The position numbers and the translations under genes are program-made. Below are positions 29,641 to 38,811 of a stretch of 64,000 nucleotides of DNA, piece after piece; position 1 is the stretch's first letter; each line of letters opens with the position of its first letter. The notes under the pieces were generated by a model. It saw only the letters and a list, made by a program, of their open reading frames with translations. It was not told the DNA's origin and did not search any database. The DNA comes from a virus, in IMG/VR virus record IMGVR_UViG_3300020455_000008, positions 1 to 64,000 of that record; one strand, given 5' to 3'.

Positions 29641-30905
29641 AAGGTTGGGCATTAAAAAGATCTTGGACGGCCTTTGATCAAGAAGCTTTAACCTTTGGCG
29701 AAGCAGAGTATCGATGTGAGTGCTATATTGAGACAGATGAGGGCTTGCTCGTTCCAAGAGCATATGAGTCCTTCTCTAATCCCGATGATAGTATCACTCT
29801 AGGTGGCCAGTTAAGTGACTTATCTCCCATATCTTTAAGACCCGAACAAGTGCCCGCAGTCAACGCTATGCTAAAAGTGTTTCACGCTCCAGGCACAGGG
29901 GCTATATTGTTTGCTCCTTGTGGAAAGGGTAAAACGGTAATGGGTCTTGAGATATTAAGAAGACTAAAAAGAAAGGCTCTAGTGCTAGTCCATAAAAGCT
30001 TTCTAGTAGACCAGTGGGTAGATAGAGCAAAGACCTTTTTACCTAAAGCGAAAGTTGGGCTGTGGCAAAGAGATCAAGTGCCTACGGGTGATGAAGACAT
30101 TGTGATTGGGATGGTGCAGTCTATTGTAAACCCAAAGAGAGATTACCCATCTAACCTGTATGAGATGTTCGGCACATTGATTGCAGATGAAACTCATAGG
30201 TACGCAGCGCCCATGTGGCAAGAAGCAATTAGCAACTTTACTGCTAGTTATCGAATAGGTTTAACCGCAACTCCAGAGCGTAAAGATGGATTACATCATG
30301 TATTCTATTCACATATTGGTCCGATTGCTTACTATATGGAAGGTCATAAAAGGTTGCCATTAATATGGCGAATCGACACAGAAACGGTGTTTCCTCAGCG
30401 ATCCTATCTTTTGTATAATGGAGAAGTCAATACTTCTAAGCTTGTCACTATGATCTCACAAGTAGAGCCAAGGACAGACAGAATAGTAGATTTTGCAATA
30501 AGGGCCTTAAATAAGGGAAGAAAGGTGCTTATTCTCTCAGAGAGGGTTGCGCACACAAAGGAAATGAATGAGCTGTTAAAGAGCAAGCTGAGTGATGATA
30601 TGGCTAGTGCTTTATACATAGGAGGTATGAAGCAATCTGAGAGAGAAAAGGCAAGCGAAGCTGATGTGATATGCGGTACATATGCAATGGCGCAAGAGGG
30701 ATTGGATATACCAGCACTAGATACATTGATTCTAGCTACGCCCAAAACATCCATTACCCAAAGTGTGGGTCGCATACTCAGAGATTCTCCCGACAAGAAA
30801 GACCCAGTAGTGGTAGACTTTGTAGACTCTGCTATTCCAATTCTTATGGCGTATTGGGGCGCTAGAAAAAAGACTTACAAAAAATTAGGATATAATTTCT
30901 TTTGA
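29622..30905 (+). CDS. Superfamily 2 helicase (DExH)
   Basis: PCGKGKT, DETH, GLTATPER, EGLDIP, QSVGRILR. Confidence 0.92.
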   Translation: MGRSKVKGWALKRSWTAFDQEALTFGEAEYRCECYIETDEGLLVPRAYESFSNPDDSITLGGQLSDLSPISLRPEQVPAVNAMLKVFHAPGTGAILFAPCGKGKTVMGLEILRRLKRKALVLVHKSFLVDQWVDRAKTFLPKAKVGLWQRDQVPTGDEDIVIGMVQSIVNPKRDYPSNLYEMFGTLIADETHRYAAPMWQEAISNFTASYRIGLTATPERKDGLHHVFYSHIGPIAYYMEGHKRLPLIWRIDTETVFPQRSYLLYNGEVNTSKLVTMISQVEPRTDRIVDFAIRALNKGRKVLILSERVAHTKEMNELLKSKLSDDMASALYIGGMKQSEREKASEADVICGTYAMAQEGLDIPALDTLILATPKTSITQSVGRILRDSPDKKDPVVVDFVDSAIPILMAYWGARKKTYKKLGYNFF

Positions 30906-30930
30906 CATACCATGTATTGGTATCTATGGT
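30902..30930 (+). promoter_or_regulatory. Sigma70-like promoter
   Basis: TTGACA-N17-TATGGT upstream of RBS AGGAG and ORF 30951. Confidence 0.55.
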
Positions 30931-30950
30931 GGTTGTGAAAGGAGAGTTTT

Positions 30951-31307
30951 ATGAAAGAACTCATTTACGAGTACCATGCGATTCAATCTCAAATAAGAGG
31001 TCTTGAGCAGAAAAAAAAAGACCTAAAGTTTAGGATTGACTTAGCGCTAAGTGCAGAAGACACAAACAAATATGAAGACAGTCATTATAGTGCTGTATTA
31101 TCTCAACACCAAAGAGTTAAGTATGACCTAGAAGGTATTGAGCACTTACTTTTACATAAAGGTATACCTGTTGATCGCTTTATTGAGACTAAAGTAGACC
31201 TAAAGAAAGTAGAATCTTTAATAGCAGAGGGTTATGTAGACCCTTCTGAGCTTGTAGACTTTGCCGAAGTCAAGACAATAAAAACATTAACAGTAAAGGA
31301 AACTTAA
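30951..31307 (+). CDS. Hypothetical protein
   Basis: Strong RBS; N-terminal coiled coil. Confidence 0.65.
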   Translation: MKELIYEYHAIQSQIRGLEQKKKDLKFRIDLALSAEDTNKYEDSHYSAVLSQHQRVKYDLEGIEHLLLHKGIPVDRFIETKVDLKKVESLIAEGYVDPSELVDFAEVKTIKTLTVKET

Positions 31308-31861
31308 TGTCTAAGGACAAAAGAGAATACCAGCGAGATTACTATGCTGAGAATAAAGATCGCATTAAAGCTCAGAGAAGAAATCGTTACAAAAGCGATG
31401 ATGAATATCGTGCAGAATTTAATCGCAAGCGAAGAATAAAAAGAAACAAAATGTTACTGCCCGAGAGTTACGACTCTCTATATGTAGAGGAAGAGGTTAC
31501 AGACGTGTCATTTGATTGTATGATGAAGGTGCTGAGTGCAGACCAAACCCAGTCCTGTGTATGTAAGATGTATACGATGAATGGTGTAGCGCTACAAGTT
31601 AGGGTCAACAAAGATAAGCTCGTACACTGGGTATATCTAAAGAAACTGCCTAATGCGAAATATAGGAATGGTAGTAACTGGAGACTCTACACTGAATATG
31701 AAGTAGAACTACTGAAGAGAGCATTTAAGCATTTCAGAAAGAAAGCTTCTTTAGATAATAGGAAGTTCACTCTGACCAAGGAGATGACTGCTTATATATT
31801 TAAAAAGTTTGACAGCTTAACGGGTGGTATACCCGAAGACAAATTTACAAAAGAAGGATAA
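31307..31861 (+). CDS. Putative DNA-binding protein (MerR-like HTH)
   Basis: Basic REYQRDYY repeats; YTMNGVA...LVHW...NWRLYTEYEVELLK. Confidence 0.55.
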   Translation: MSKDKREYQRDYYAENKDRIKAQRRNRYKSDDEYRAEFNRKRRIKRNKMLLPESYDSLYVEEEVTDVSFDCMMKVLSADQTQSCVCKMYTMNGVALQVRVNKDKLVHWVYLKKLPNAKYRNGSNWRLYTEYEVELLKRAFKHFRKKASLDNRKFTLTKEMTAYIFKKFDSLTGGIPEDKFTKEG

Positions 31862-31866
31862 AGACA

Positions 31867-32082
31867 ATGAGTAAAGATACAGTACAAGAGAAAGCAAAAG
31901 TTAGAGCTGGAGCTTCTATTAAAATTAACTTGGGTAACTATGAGAGCGCGGGTGTTGAAGCAAGTATTGAGTTGCCTTGTGATATACAAGATGTGCCTAA
32001 AGAGTTTGAACGTGCTTGGGCTGAGGTTTACAGGCAACTAGATCTAAGAGTCGCTGAAATTAAAAAAGGGCGTAACCAATGA
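31867..32082 (+). CDS. Hypothetical phage protein
   Basis: INLGNYES motif common in small phage proteins near recA. Confidence 0.6.
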   Translation: MSKDTVQEKAKVRAGASIKINLGNYESAGVEASIELPCDIQDVPKEFERAWAEVYRQLDLRVAEIKKGRNQ

Positions 32083-33206
32083 GCTTTAAAGACTTAATAA
32101 AAAGTATTAACAAGCGCTATGGTGATGACTGTTTTGTGCAAGCGTCACAGTCAGAAAAGCTTAATACACGTAAGAGGATTGAAACTGGTATATTGTCTTT
32201 TGACTTAGCTTTAGGTGGTGGCATACCTCTTGGTACGATTATTACATTAAAAGGAGAATACTCAAGTGGTAAAAGCGCACTTGCTCATAGGATTGGTGCT
32301 AGTTTCCAGCGTACTTGTCGCAACTGCGGTAACCCTTTGGTACTGTGGAACGAGATTATACAAGATGGCGCTGAAGTAGCCTGTTGTGATAACCCCGAGC
32401 CTATGCGTGTGGTGTGGTTTGACGCTGAGGGTTCATATCAAAATGCATGGGCAGAACGACTAGGTATGGAGAGTGAGAATACTTATGTAATTCGTACCGA
32501 GTTTGCGGAGCAGGGCATTGATATTGCTGACTCTGTAATCAGAAGCGGTGAATGCGATTTGTTGGTTGTAGACTCAGTAGCGCACTTGACTCCCTCAGTG
32601 GAGATAGAGCAAAGCTCAGAAAAGTGGCAAATGGGTGTCCAAGCTCGATTGATGAACAAAGCTATGCGGAAATGGGTGTCTGCTCAAAATGCAGTTGGTA
32701 TGAGTCGAGTAGTACCTCCTACTATCCTACTTATTAATCAAATCCGTATGAAACTTGGGGTTGTGTATGGTTCTCCCGAAACTTCGCCTGGGGGGAAAGG
32801 TATAGACTTTGCGTCTAGCGTAATATGCAAAGTGAAACGCAAGGGTTTTATGGAAGACAAAAGTGGCTCTGCGCCCTTTGGACAAGACATGGAAGTTACC
32901 ATGCAAAAGAATAAGACAGCCCCCCCAAATAGATCCTGTCTGTTCAGTCTCTATTTTAGAGACTCTATGCCATATGTAGCTGGAGCGAGTAACTTTGCAG
33001 AGCAGCTTGTATCAGTCGGTGAATATTGGAAGCTGATTGAAAAAGGTGGAGCTTGGTACACACTACCAAATGGTGAAAAATACCAAGGTTTAACCAAGAC
33101 AGCCGAAGCGCTTGCTAATGACGAGCCTGTCATGTTCGATCTCAAGGACGAAGTATGGAGAAGAGAAGTCGATTGGATGGGTGGAGATTCTTATGAAGAA
33201 GACTAG
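32079..33206 (+). CDS. recA: RecA/UvsX recombinase
   Basis: FDLALGGGIP, GEYSSGKS, DAE, VVDSVA, QARLM, INQIRMKLG..YGSPETSPGGK, KNK.APP. Confidence 0.95.
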   Translation: MSFKDLIKSINKRYGDDCFVQASQSEKLNTRKRIETGILSFDLALGGGIPLGTIITLKGEYSSGKSALAHRIGASFQRTCRNCGNPLVLWNEIIQDGAEVACCDNPEPMRVVWFDAEGSYQNAWAERLGMESENTYVIRTEFAEQGIDIADSVIRSGECDLLVVDSVAHLTPSVEIEQSSEKWQMGVQARLMNKAMRKWVSAQNAVGMSRVVPPTILLINQIRMKLGVVYGSPETSPGGKGIDFASSVICKVKRKGFMEDKSGSAPFGQDMEVTMQKNKTAPPNRSCLFSLYFRDSMPYVAGASNFAEQLVSVGEYWKLIEKGGAWYTLPNGEKYQGLTKTAEALANDEPVMFDLKDEVWRREVDWMGGDSYEED

Positions 33207-33615
33207 TCTTGGATCTAAGCGGCCTATGCCAAATGTCTTTGATGATAACGAACCTAAGTGCAATAAGAGTCGATCAGTCGTACATGAAGATCGTTTGCAA
33301 GGGGTTCTTAGGAGCAAGTCTACACCTAACAGTGGGGCTTTGCCCGAAATTAGCTACAAAGGCGATCTTCAAGATGGCTTGTTTGTTTGGCAAGCAAAAC
33401 TAACAGATAAGGCTCGATTCACAATTACATCTGATGTACTTGTAGAGTTACAGAGACAGGCAAGCTTGAATTCTAAATGGCCTGGAGTTGCTTTGACCAT
33501 AGAAGGATTACCTAATCACATCGAGAAGGATTGGGTTATGTTACCCGCTTCAGTCTTCGGTGAGATTATTGACTTATACCACCAACACACTATCAATAGT
33601 TTTCAAAAACTTTAA
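33193..33615 (+). CDS. PD-(D/E)XK-like Holliday junction resolvase/nuclease
   Basis: HE.R...TPNSGA....KGD.......QAK.T pattern. Confidence 0.65.
   Translation: MKKTSLGSKRPMPNVFDDNEPKCNKSRSVVHEDRLQGVLRSKSTPNSGALPEISYKGDLQDGLFVWQAKLTDKARFTITSDVLVELQRQASLNSKWPGVALTIEGLPNHIEKDWVMLPASVFGEIIDLYHQHTINSFQKL
33595..33613. promoter_or_regulatory. Operator-like palindrome upstream of parB
   Basis: AATAGTTTTCAAAAACTTT, identical to the copy at 1839-1857. Confidence 0.6.
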
Positions 33616-33626
33616 AAGGACAGACA

Positions 33627-34535
33627 ATGAACGTACAAGACATAAGCATACAAGATATAGATACTGACATTATTGTAAACTGCCGTAAAAACGTGTCAGT
33701 GGACGACTTGGTTGAGTCCATTCGAAAAACAGGGGTACAGATACCTATTGGTGTGTGTCTCCAAGAGAATGGCCGATATGGGCTAATTTATGGATTCCGC
33801 AGATATACTGCTTGCAACGAATTGGCTTTAGACACTATTCCAGCAAGAATTGTAGATAACCAAGAGCAAGCAGACTTGCTCGTCATGAATCTTCAAGAGA
33901 ATGTCAGTCGTAAGAACTTGACTCCGATGGAAGAAGCTCTCGCTATACAGCGTATAGTCAATGCGGGTCGTGATGTAGACCAATTCAGAACTGCGCTTGG
34001 TTGGTCGAAAACCATAATTACTCAGCGCCTTGGGTTGCTAGAGTTAAGCGCACCTCTTCAGTCAGCACTTGAGAAAGACTCAATCTCTGTTCGACAAGCA
34101 AATACTATTCAAGAAGCAGAGGAGAATATGCACCCTGAACTTATCGAGCTTGCAGAAAATGGCTGCACAGCAAGAGCTTTGAAGGATGAAGTCGATAGTC
34201 TTTCTTCTTTTGTACCCGTAGAAGACGATACACAAGAGCTTGTACTGAGCGATGATGATAATGAAGGAGATGACAACTACTTAAAAGAGATTGAGAAAGA
34301 AGACGCTAAAGCACTTTCAGAAGCGAACTCTAATCTAGTCAAGAGTAGTCTGCTAGATGTTGGTGCTAAGTGTATCGATGACCAACACGCTTGGTTTGCC
34401 TTTCAGATTGCTATTAACAGTATTGAGTTTGACCGATTGCCAAAAGCAGAACTTGGTGCATTAGTAAATGCGATGAACACCCTAGCGGGTGAGCATGGTC
34501 TTAACGCTTGGGGCGAAGGGTCTATGCGTAAATGA
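33627..34535 (+). CDS. parB: ParB/Spo0J-family protein
   Basis: LVESIRKTGVQIPI.V, GFRRY.A, ENVSRKNLTPMEEA, then HTH. Confidence 0.88.
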   Translation: MNVQDISIQDIDTDIIVNCRKNVSVDDLVESIRKTGVQIPIGVCLQENGRYGLIYGFRRYTACNELALDTIPARIVDNQEQADLLVMNLQENVSRKNLTPMEEALAIQRIVNAGRDVDQFRTALGWSKTIITQRLGLLELSAPLQSALEKDSISVRQANTIQEAEENMHPELIELAENGCTARALKDEVDSLSSFVPVEDDTQELVLSDDDNEGDDNYLKEIEKEDAKALSEANSNLVKSSLLDVGAKCIDDQHAWFAFQIAINSIEFDRLPKAELGALVNAMNTLAGEHGLNAWGEGSMRK

Positions 34536-35359
34536 GCTTAACCAATATCATTAAGAACCTTCACAACTCTGGTGGAAACCCTTCACTTTCTGCGGAGATT
34601 GAGAAGCACTTTCTCCGCAAAGCCAATGAGTTTGACCAAGATAGGTTTGAAGATAAACTTACACGCTTCCATCCAAGTCAGATTAGTTACTGGGGTGTGT
34701 GCCCAAGGGCTTATTATCTAACGATGAAGCGAGATGAGCTTGGTATTGCCATTAAACGCCCTGACCCCCATCCTACTTCTCTTCTTAGGATATTTGAACA
34801 TGGGCATAGTATACACGCCATGTATCAAGATAAGGTTCTTGGTCAAGCGGGTATATTGTATGGGAAATGGGAGCTTAATGGGGAAGTGATTGAAGGCTTC
34901 CAACCTTCCGAAGAATGGAAGTATGTAGAACCTAGAATATGGTGGACTGAGAAAAGAATATCGGGTTACTGTGATGGTTTTCTACAGATCAATAGTAAGT
35001 GGTACTTGTTAGAAGTTAAATCATCGGGAGATCAACCTTTTAGGTATCTAAAGCGAAGTGGTCAACCAAGAGAATATCATACTAGGCAAGCACAAATATA
35101 TATGAGTGCTCCGCATGACCTTCAGATTAAACCTAAATTTGAGGGTGCGTTTATCTTATACGTGAATAAAGACACTGGCGAAGAACTTGATCTATTTATC
35201 AAAAATGATCCAAGCCGAATACAGCCTTTGATGGATCAAATAGATGAAGCAATTGACTCTTTAGAACTGCCTACTATTCCTATGCGTGTCGATGATTGTA
35301 AGACTAGTAAATCAAAACGTGCTAAAGACTGCATTGCTTGTAGTGTATGTTTTACTTGA
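34532..35359 (+). CDS. Cas4-like PD-(D/E)XK exonuclease
   Basis: HPSQI...CPR, G..IH, GYCDG, EVKS, QAQIY, C-terminal Cys cluster. Confidence 0.8.
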   Translation: MSLTNIIKNLHNSGGNPSLSAEIEKHFLRKANEFDQDRFEDKLTRFHPSQISYWGVCPRAYYLTMKRDELGIAIKRPDPHPTSLLRIFEHGHSIHAMYQDKVLGQAGILYGKWELNGEVIEGFQPSEEWKYVEPRIWWTEKRISGYCDGFLQINSKWYLLEVKSSGDQPFRYLKRSGQPREYHTRQAQIYMSAPHDLQIKPKFEGAFILYVNKDTGEELDLFIKNDPSRIQPLMDQIDEAIDSLELPTIPMRVDDCKTSKSKRAKDCIACSVCFT

Positions 35360-35367
35360 GGTGAGCT

Positions 35368-35832
35368 ATGGTAGATCAAAAAGTAATTGATTTTGGTACT
35401 CATAGTAGAGAGCTTCTATCTAGTTTAGGACTTCATGCACCCTCTCACCCTAGCACTGAATTAATATTCCCAAATGATCTAGGGAAGCTGAGTGATGACG
35501 AGGTAAGTGCTCATCTATCATACTGGGCAAGTATGACTGCTTACGCACATCAAAAAGTTTCTGTGCTTGAAGGGGCTTTGGTTTTAGCAAAGAGTGATTA
35601 TGAATTAGAATATGACCTAAGGTTATATAACAAGCCAGGTAACAGTGTTTCAGAACGCAAGATAGGGTTAGGTGCTTCCAAAGTTCTGAGAAACATGAAA
35701 GTACGTATCGCAGTTATCGAAGCCGATCTGAAGGTGTTAAAATCTATCCTAGTAGGGTATGATCTCAAGAACTCAGCAGTGAGTAGAGAAATTACAAGAC
35801 GTAACAACGAGAGGAACTTGAGGGATGGATAA
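35368..35832 (+). CDS. Helical protein, possibly UvsY-like recombination mediator
   Basis: Coiled-coil with C-terminal VSREITRR in the recombination module. Confidence 0.45.
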   Translation: MVDQKVIDFGTHSRELLSSLGLHAPSHPSTELIFPNDLGKLSDDEVSAHLSYWASMTAYAHQKVSVLEGALVLAKSDYELEYDLRLYNKPGNSVSERKIGLGASKVLRNMKVRIAVIEADLKVLKSILVGYDLKNSAVSREITRRNNERNLRDG

Positions 35833-36103
35833 TGACACAAAAGAGATAAACTTAAGAGTTGCGGGTCGTAGCGACCCTAGCTCAGTGGCGGGTAGTACCG
35901 TCAAAAACATAAATGAAAATAGAAGCGTAACACTAACTGCCATTGGTGCTGGTGCTGTTAATCAGATGTTAAAGGCTGTAACCATTGCACGTTCAATGGC
36001 AGCAAGCAGTGGCTCAGACCTTTACTTTACTAGTGGCTTTGCTACCGAAATTATAAATGGAGAAGAGAAGACTGCTATGCGGATCTTCGTAAAGAAAAGA
36101 TAA
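35825..36103 (+). CDS. spoVS: SpoVS (stage V sporulation protein S)-family protein
   Basis: LRVAGRSDPSSVAG...AIGAGAVNQ..KAVTIAR...F....INGEEKTAM. Confidence 0.88.
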   Translation: MDNDTKEINLRVAGRSDPSSVAGSTVKNINENRSVTLTAIGAGAVNQMLKAVTIARSMAASSGSDLYFTSGFATEIINGEEKTAMRIFVKKR

Positions 36104-36426
36104 TGTTTACAGTAACGTATAAAATGCAAATGCCTAGTGGTATTTTGATTTTCGAGATAGATCTAATGATAGAGCGTTTAAATGAGGGTGTAGGCTATGA
36201 AGCGCCACTTTTAAAACAAGCCCTAACTGATTGGTGGGAAGACCCTAACTCACCACGAAGAAGCCCTGAAGAGGCTTGTTTGGGAGCGTGGGCTACGGTC
36301 ACTGACCACCTAGTCGCTAAACGAGAGCACCCTAGAGTCCAGTGTTCTCGGATAAGCGTAGACACTTCAGGACAAAAAATAACCTTTCAACCCACAGAAG
36401 ACGTTTGGAGTGATGTAAATGTCTGA
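36103..36426 (+). CDS. Hypothetical protein
   Basis: TAATG-coupled ORF. Confidence 0.6.
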   Translation: MFTVTYKMQMPSGILIFEIDLMIERLNEGVGYEAPLLKQALTDWWEDPNSPRRSPEEACLGAWATVTDHLVAKREHPRVQCSRISVDTSGQKITFQPTEDVWSDVNV

Positions 36427-36829
36427 ATACAGAGAAAATGACGATAATGTTGAAGTAGAAACTCTTGAGACTGCTTCTGAAGAGACACAAGAAGAGACAC
36501 AAGAGACAGACTTTAATCCTACTAATCCCGATCTCACTGAGAATCAGATTGACGATGACATTGTGACCGCAGTGTTACTTGTTAAAAATCGACAAGGGGC
36601 TGTGCTGCCAGTGACCAATCTTCAATCCCTGAAGATGGATAGGCAAGCTAATGCACATGAGGTTCTGAGAATGTGTGCAGATGTTCAAGATCAAATCAGT
36701 GCGATTCGAGTAGTTGGGGAGCTTGCCCAAATCTTCCAACATCTTAACCAGCAGAGTCTCAGCACAGTGGCTAATCTGTTAAATGTAAAAATGAATGAGA
36801 GTGTGGGTGCAACCAGCTCTGAGAGTTGA
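36419..36829 (+). CDS. Hypothetical acidic protein
   Basis: 136-aa ORF with RBS GGAG. Confidence 0.6.
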   Translation: MSEYRENDDNVEVETLETASEETQEETQETDFNPTNPDLTENQIDDDIVTAVLLVKNRQGAVLPVTNLQSLKMDRQANAHEVLRMCADVQDQISAIRVVGELAQIFQHLNQQSLSTVANLLNVKMNESVGATSSES

Positions 36830-36871
36830 TTGTAATATGCTATAGTGACATACTGTCAATAGGAGGTCACT

Positions 36872-37261
36872 ATGGCAAAGAAATATAAAGATGAATGGTT
36901 TATTCCCCCACAGGGAGTACGCAACTCTGCTGAACGAGGTCTAAAGAACCGCAAAAAATATGGTAGGGGTGGACTCTCTAATAAACAGGCTTCAGAGCAA
37001 GGTATTGGCTCGGGTGTCCAACGTGCTGTCAATCTCAAGAATGGGAACAAGGTCTCTCCACAAACAATTAAGCGCATGAAAAGCTTCTTTGCTAGGCATG
37101 AGAAGAATAAAAACTCTCGTAAGCCCGATGGTACACCTGGTGCTGGGAAAATAGCTTGGGATCTTTGGGGTGGGAATCAAGGTAAGCGTTGGGCTGAATC
37201 TGTTGACCGAAAAATGAAAAGAGCAGATGAACAAGCTAAGAAGTCCAAAATTAAACGATAG
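36872..37261 (+). CDS. Conserved basic phage protein
   Basis: PPQGVRNSAERGL..R...GRGG...RMKSFFARH...IAWDLWGG..G..WA domain; RBS AGGAGG; upstream TGCTATAGT. Confidence 0.75.
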   Translation: MAKKYKDEWFIPPQGVRNSAERGLKNRKKYGRGGLSNKQASEQGIGSGVQRAVNLKNGNKVSPQTIKRMKSFFARHEKNKNSRKPDGTPGAGKIAWDLWGGNQGKRWAESVDRKMKRADEQAKKSKIKR

Positions 37262-37272
37262 AAAGTATCTAT

Positions 37273-37420
37273 AAAATCTATCGATAAAATTTAACTAAGA
37301 ATTTTACGGTAAAATCTATCGATAGATTTTTTCATTTTGGTAACTTTGTATAAAATCTATCGATGAATTTTATACAAGCCGCTTATAATATATATATATA
37401 TATAAGATAAACTATATAAG
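37273..37420. repeat. Three palindromic AAAATCTATCGAT boxes plus AT-rich tract
   Basis: Copies at 37273, 37311 (perfect 20-bp palindrome) and 37352, followed by a (TA)n run. Confidence 0.85.
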
Positions 37421-37428
37421 AGTAGACA

Positions 37429-38811
37429 ATGAAAATTTATCTGAGTGGAGTAGTGAGGAAAGATCGCTTAGGTCTTTTGATTGAAGCTGGTATTCAAAAC
37501 GTGGTTATTGACTACTCAGTAGCTAAGGGCTTCTCAGTTCAAGAGTTTGAGCAGATTGCCAATCACTTTGATAGCATAATGTTAGAATATGACCTCTCCA
37601 GTCAGTGGTCTAAGATCAAATATCTGTGGACCAGCTCAGACTTACGTCATGCAAAAGATATTGAAAAGCATGGTTCACTAGAAGAAGCACAAACTTATCA
37701 CATACAGAGAATCACTAAACGTGTAGCAGATTACTTTATCTTTGCTCAGTCTATTCAGCACGTAGTGGACGTGGTATGGACACCCCATTTACCTATTGAG
37801 TATGAGTTTGAACCTAACGAAAGTATTGAACAGCAAAAAATAGGGAGACTAAAAAAAGTTTTCAAAAACTTTTCTGACTATATTTACAACTGTTCTCACA
37901 TAGGTATTCCCAATGATGTTGGGTTACAAGACGTTAAAGACGAAATAAAGCCCCATATTGCTTCTCTAAAGTCGTTTGGGATAAAAACACATAGGTGGGG
38001 TAGGGCTGACAAAGAAACAGCTCTCACAGGCCTATTTTGGAGTTCGTCCTCTTCTAACTGGGTAAGTGGGTCAAAACATGGGGTCACTTTTGAGTACGTA
38101 GGAAATCTAAAGCTAACTACGTATCATGGGTCTAAGGGTTCGGGTAAACAGATTAGAACTAAGCTCAAATCAAAATGTGAAACAATTGGACTTGACCACA
38201 ATCTCTTAATGAACGATGACCGTAAGACTGTAAATTTATGGAATCTACATCAATGGAAGCTTTTGTCTAAAGATGTAGATTTTGTTAGTGGGTACTGGTC
38301 GACGAGGGAGCGGGATGTGAAAGATAAACAGCTTAGTGTTATACAAAATAACTCAAATTCTCAGCTTGCAACTCAAGACCAAATTGGCTCATACTTACGG
38401 AATTGTAATTCATGCTACCTAAGCGCAACTTGCCCAGTATACGAGTCGGATTCGACTTGTAAGATAACGTCTACACCGAAGGTTGAGACACCTAATGACG
38501 TGCAGGCTCTACTCAATCAAGTGATTCAGATCCAAGGGGAGAGAGTTCTTTTTGCTTCTATGTCAGAGCGAATTCAGAACGCTGGAATCAACCCCGAAGT
38601 CTCCAAGGAAATGGAGACACTTACAAAACTAATGAAAGACGCTAAAGAGATCACCTCCGTTGGTGGGGGTGACGAAGTTACGATTCGAGCTAAGGGGTCG
38701 GGTGTCATATCGAGATTGTTTGGCGGATATGGGCGCAGTGGTGGTGGTTCAAAACCATCTACATCGGAGACTATAATAGATGTCTCCCCAATGGAGTCAA
38801 AGGATGACTAG
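37429..38811 (+). CDS. Hypothetical protein, possible degenerate TGT/DpdA-like barrel plus Cys4 domain
   Basis: MKIYLSG start; KTHRWG; SSSSNWVSGSKHG; CNSCYLSATCP......C. Confidence 0.45.
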   Translation: MKIYLSGVVRKDRLGLLIEAGIQNVVIDYSVAKGFSVQEFEQIANHFDSIMLEYDLSSQWSKIKYLWTSSDLRHAKDIEKHGSLEEAQTYHIQRITKRVADYFIFAQSIQHVVDVVWTPHLPIEYEFEPNESIEQQKIGRLKKVFKNFSDYIYNCSHIGIPNDVGLQDVKDEIKPHIASLKSFGIKTHRWGRADKETALTGLFWSSSSSNWVSGSKHGVTFEYVGNLKLTTYHGSKGSGKQIRTKLKSKCETIGLDHNLLMNDDRKTVNLWNLHQWKLLSKDVDFVSGYWSTRERDVKDKQLSVIQNNSNSQLATQDQIGSYLRNCNSCYLSATCPVYESDSTCKITSTPKVETPNDVQALLNQVIQIQGERVLFASMSERIQNAGINPEVSKEMETLTKLMKDAKEITSVGGGDEVTIRAKGSGVISRLFGGYGRSGGGSKPSTSETIIDVSPMESKDD

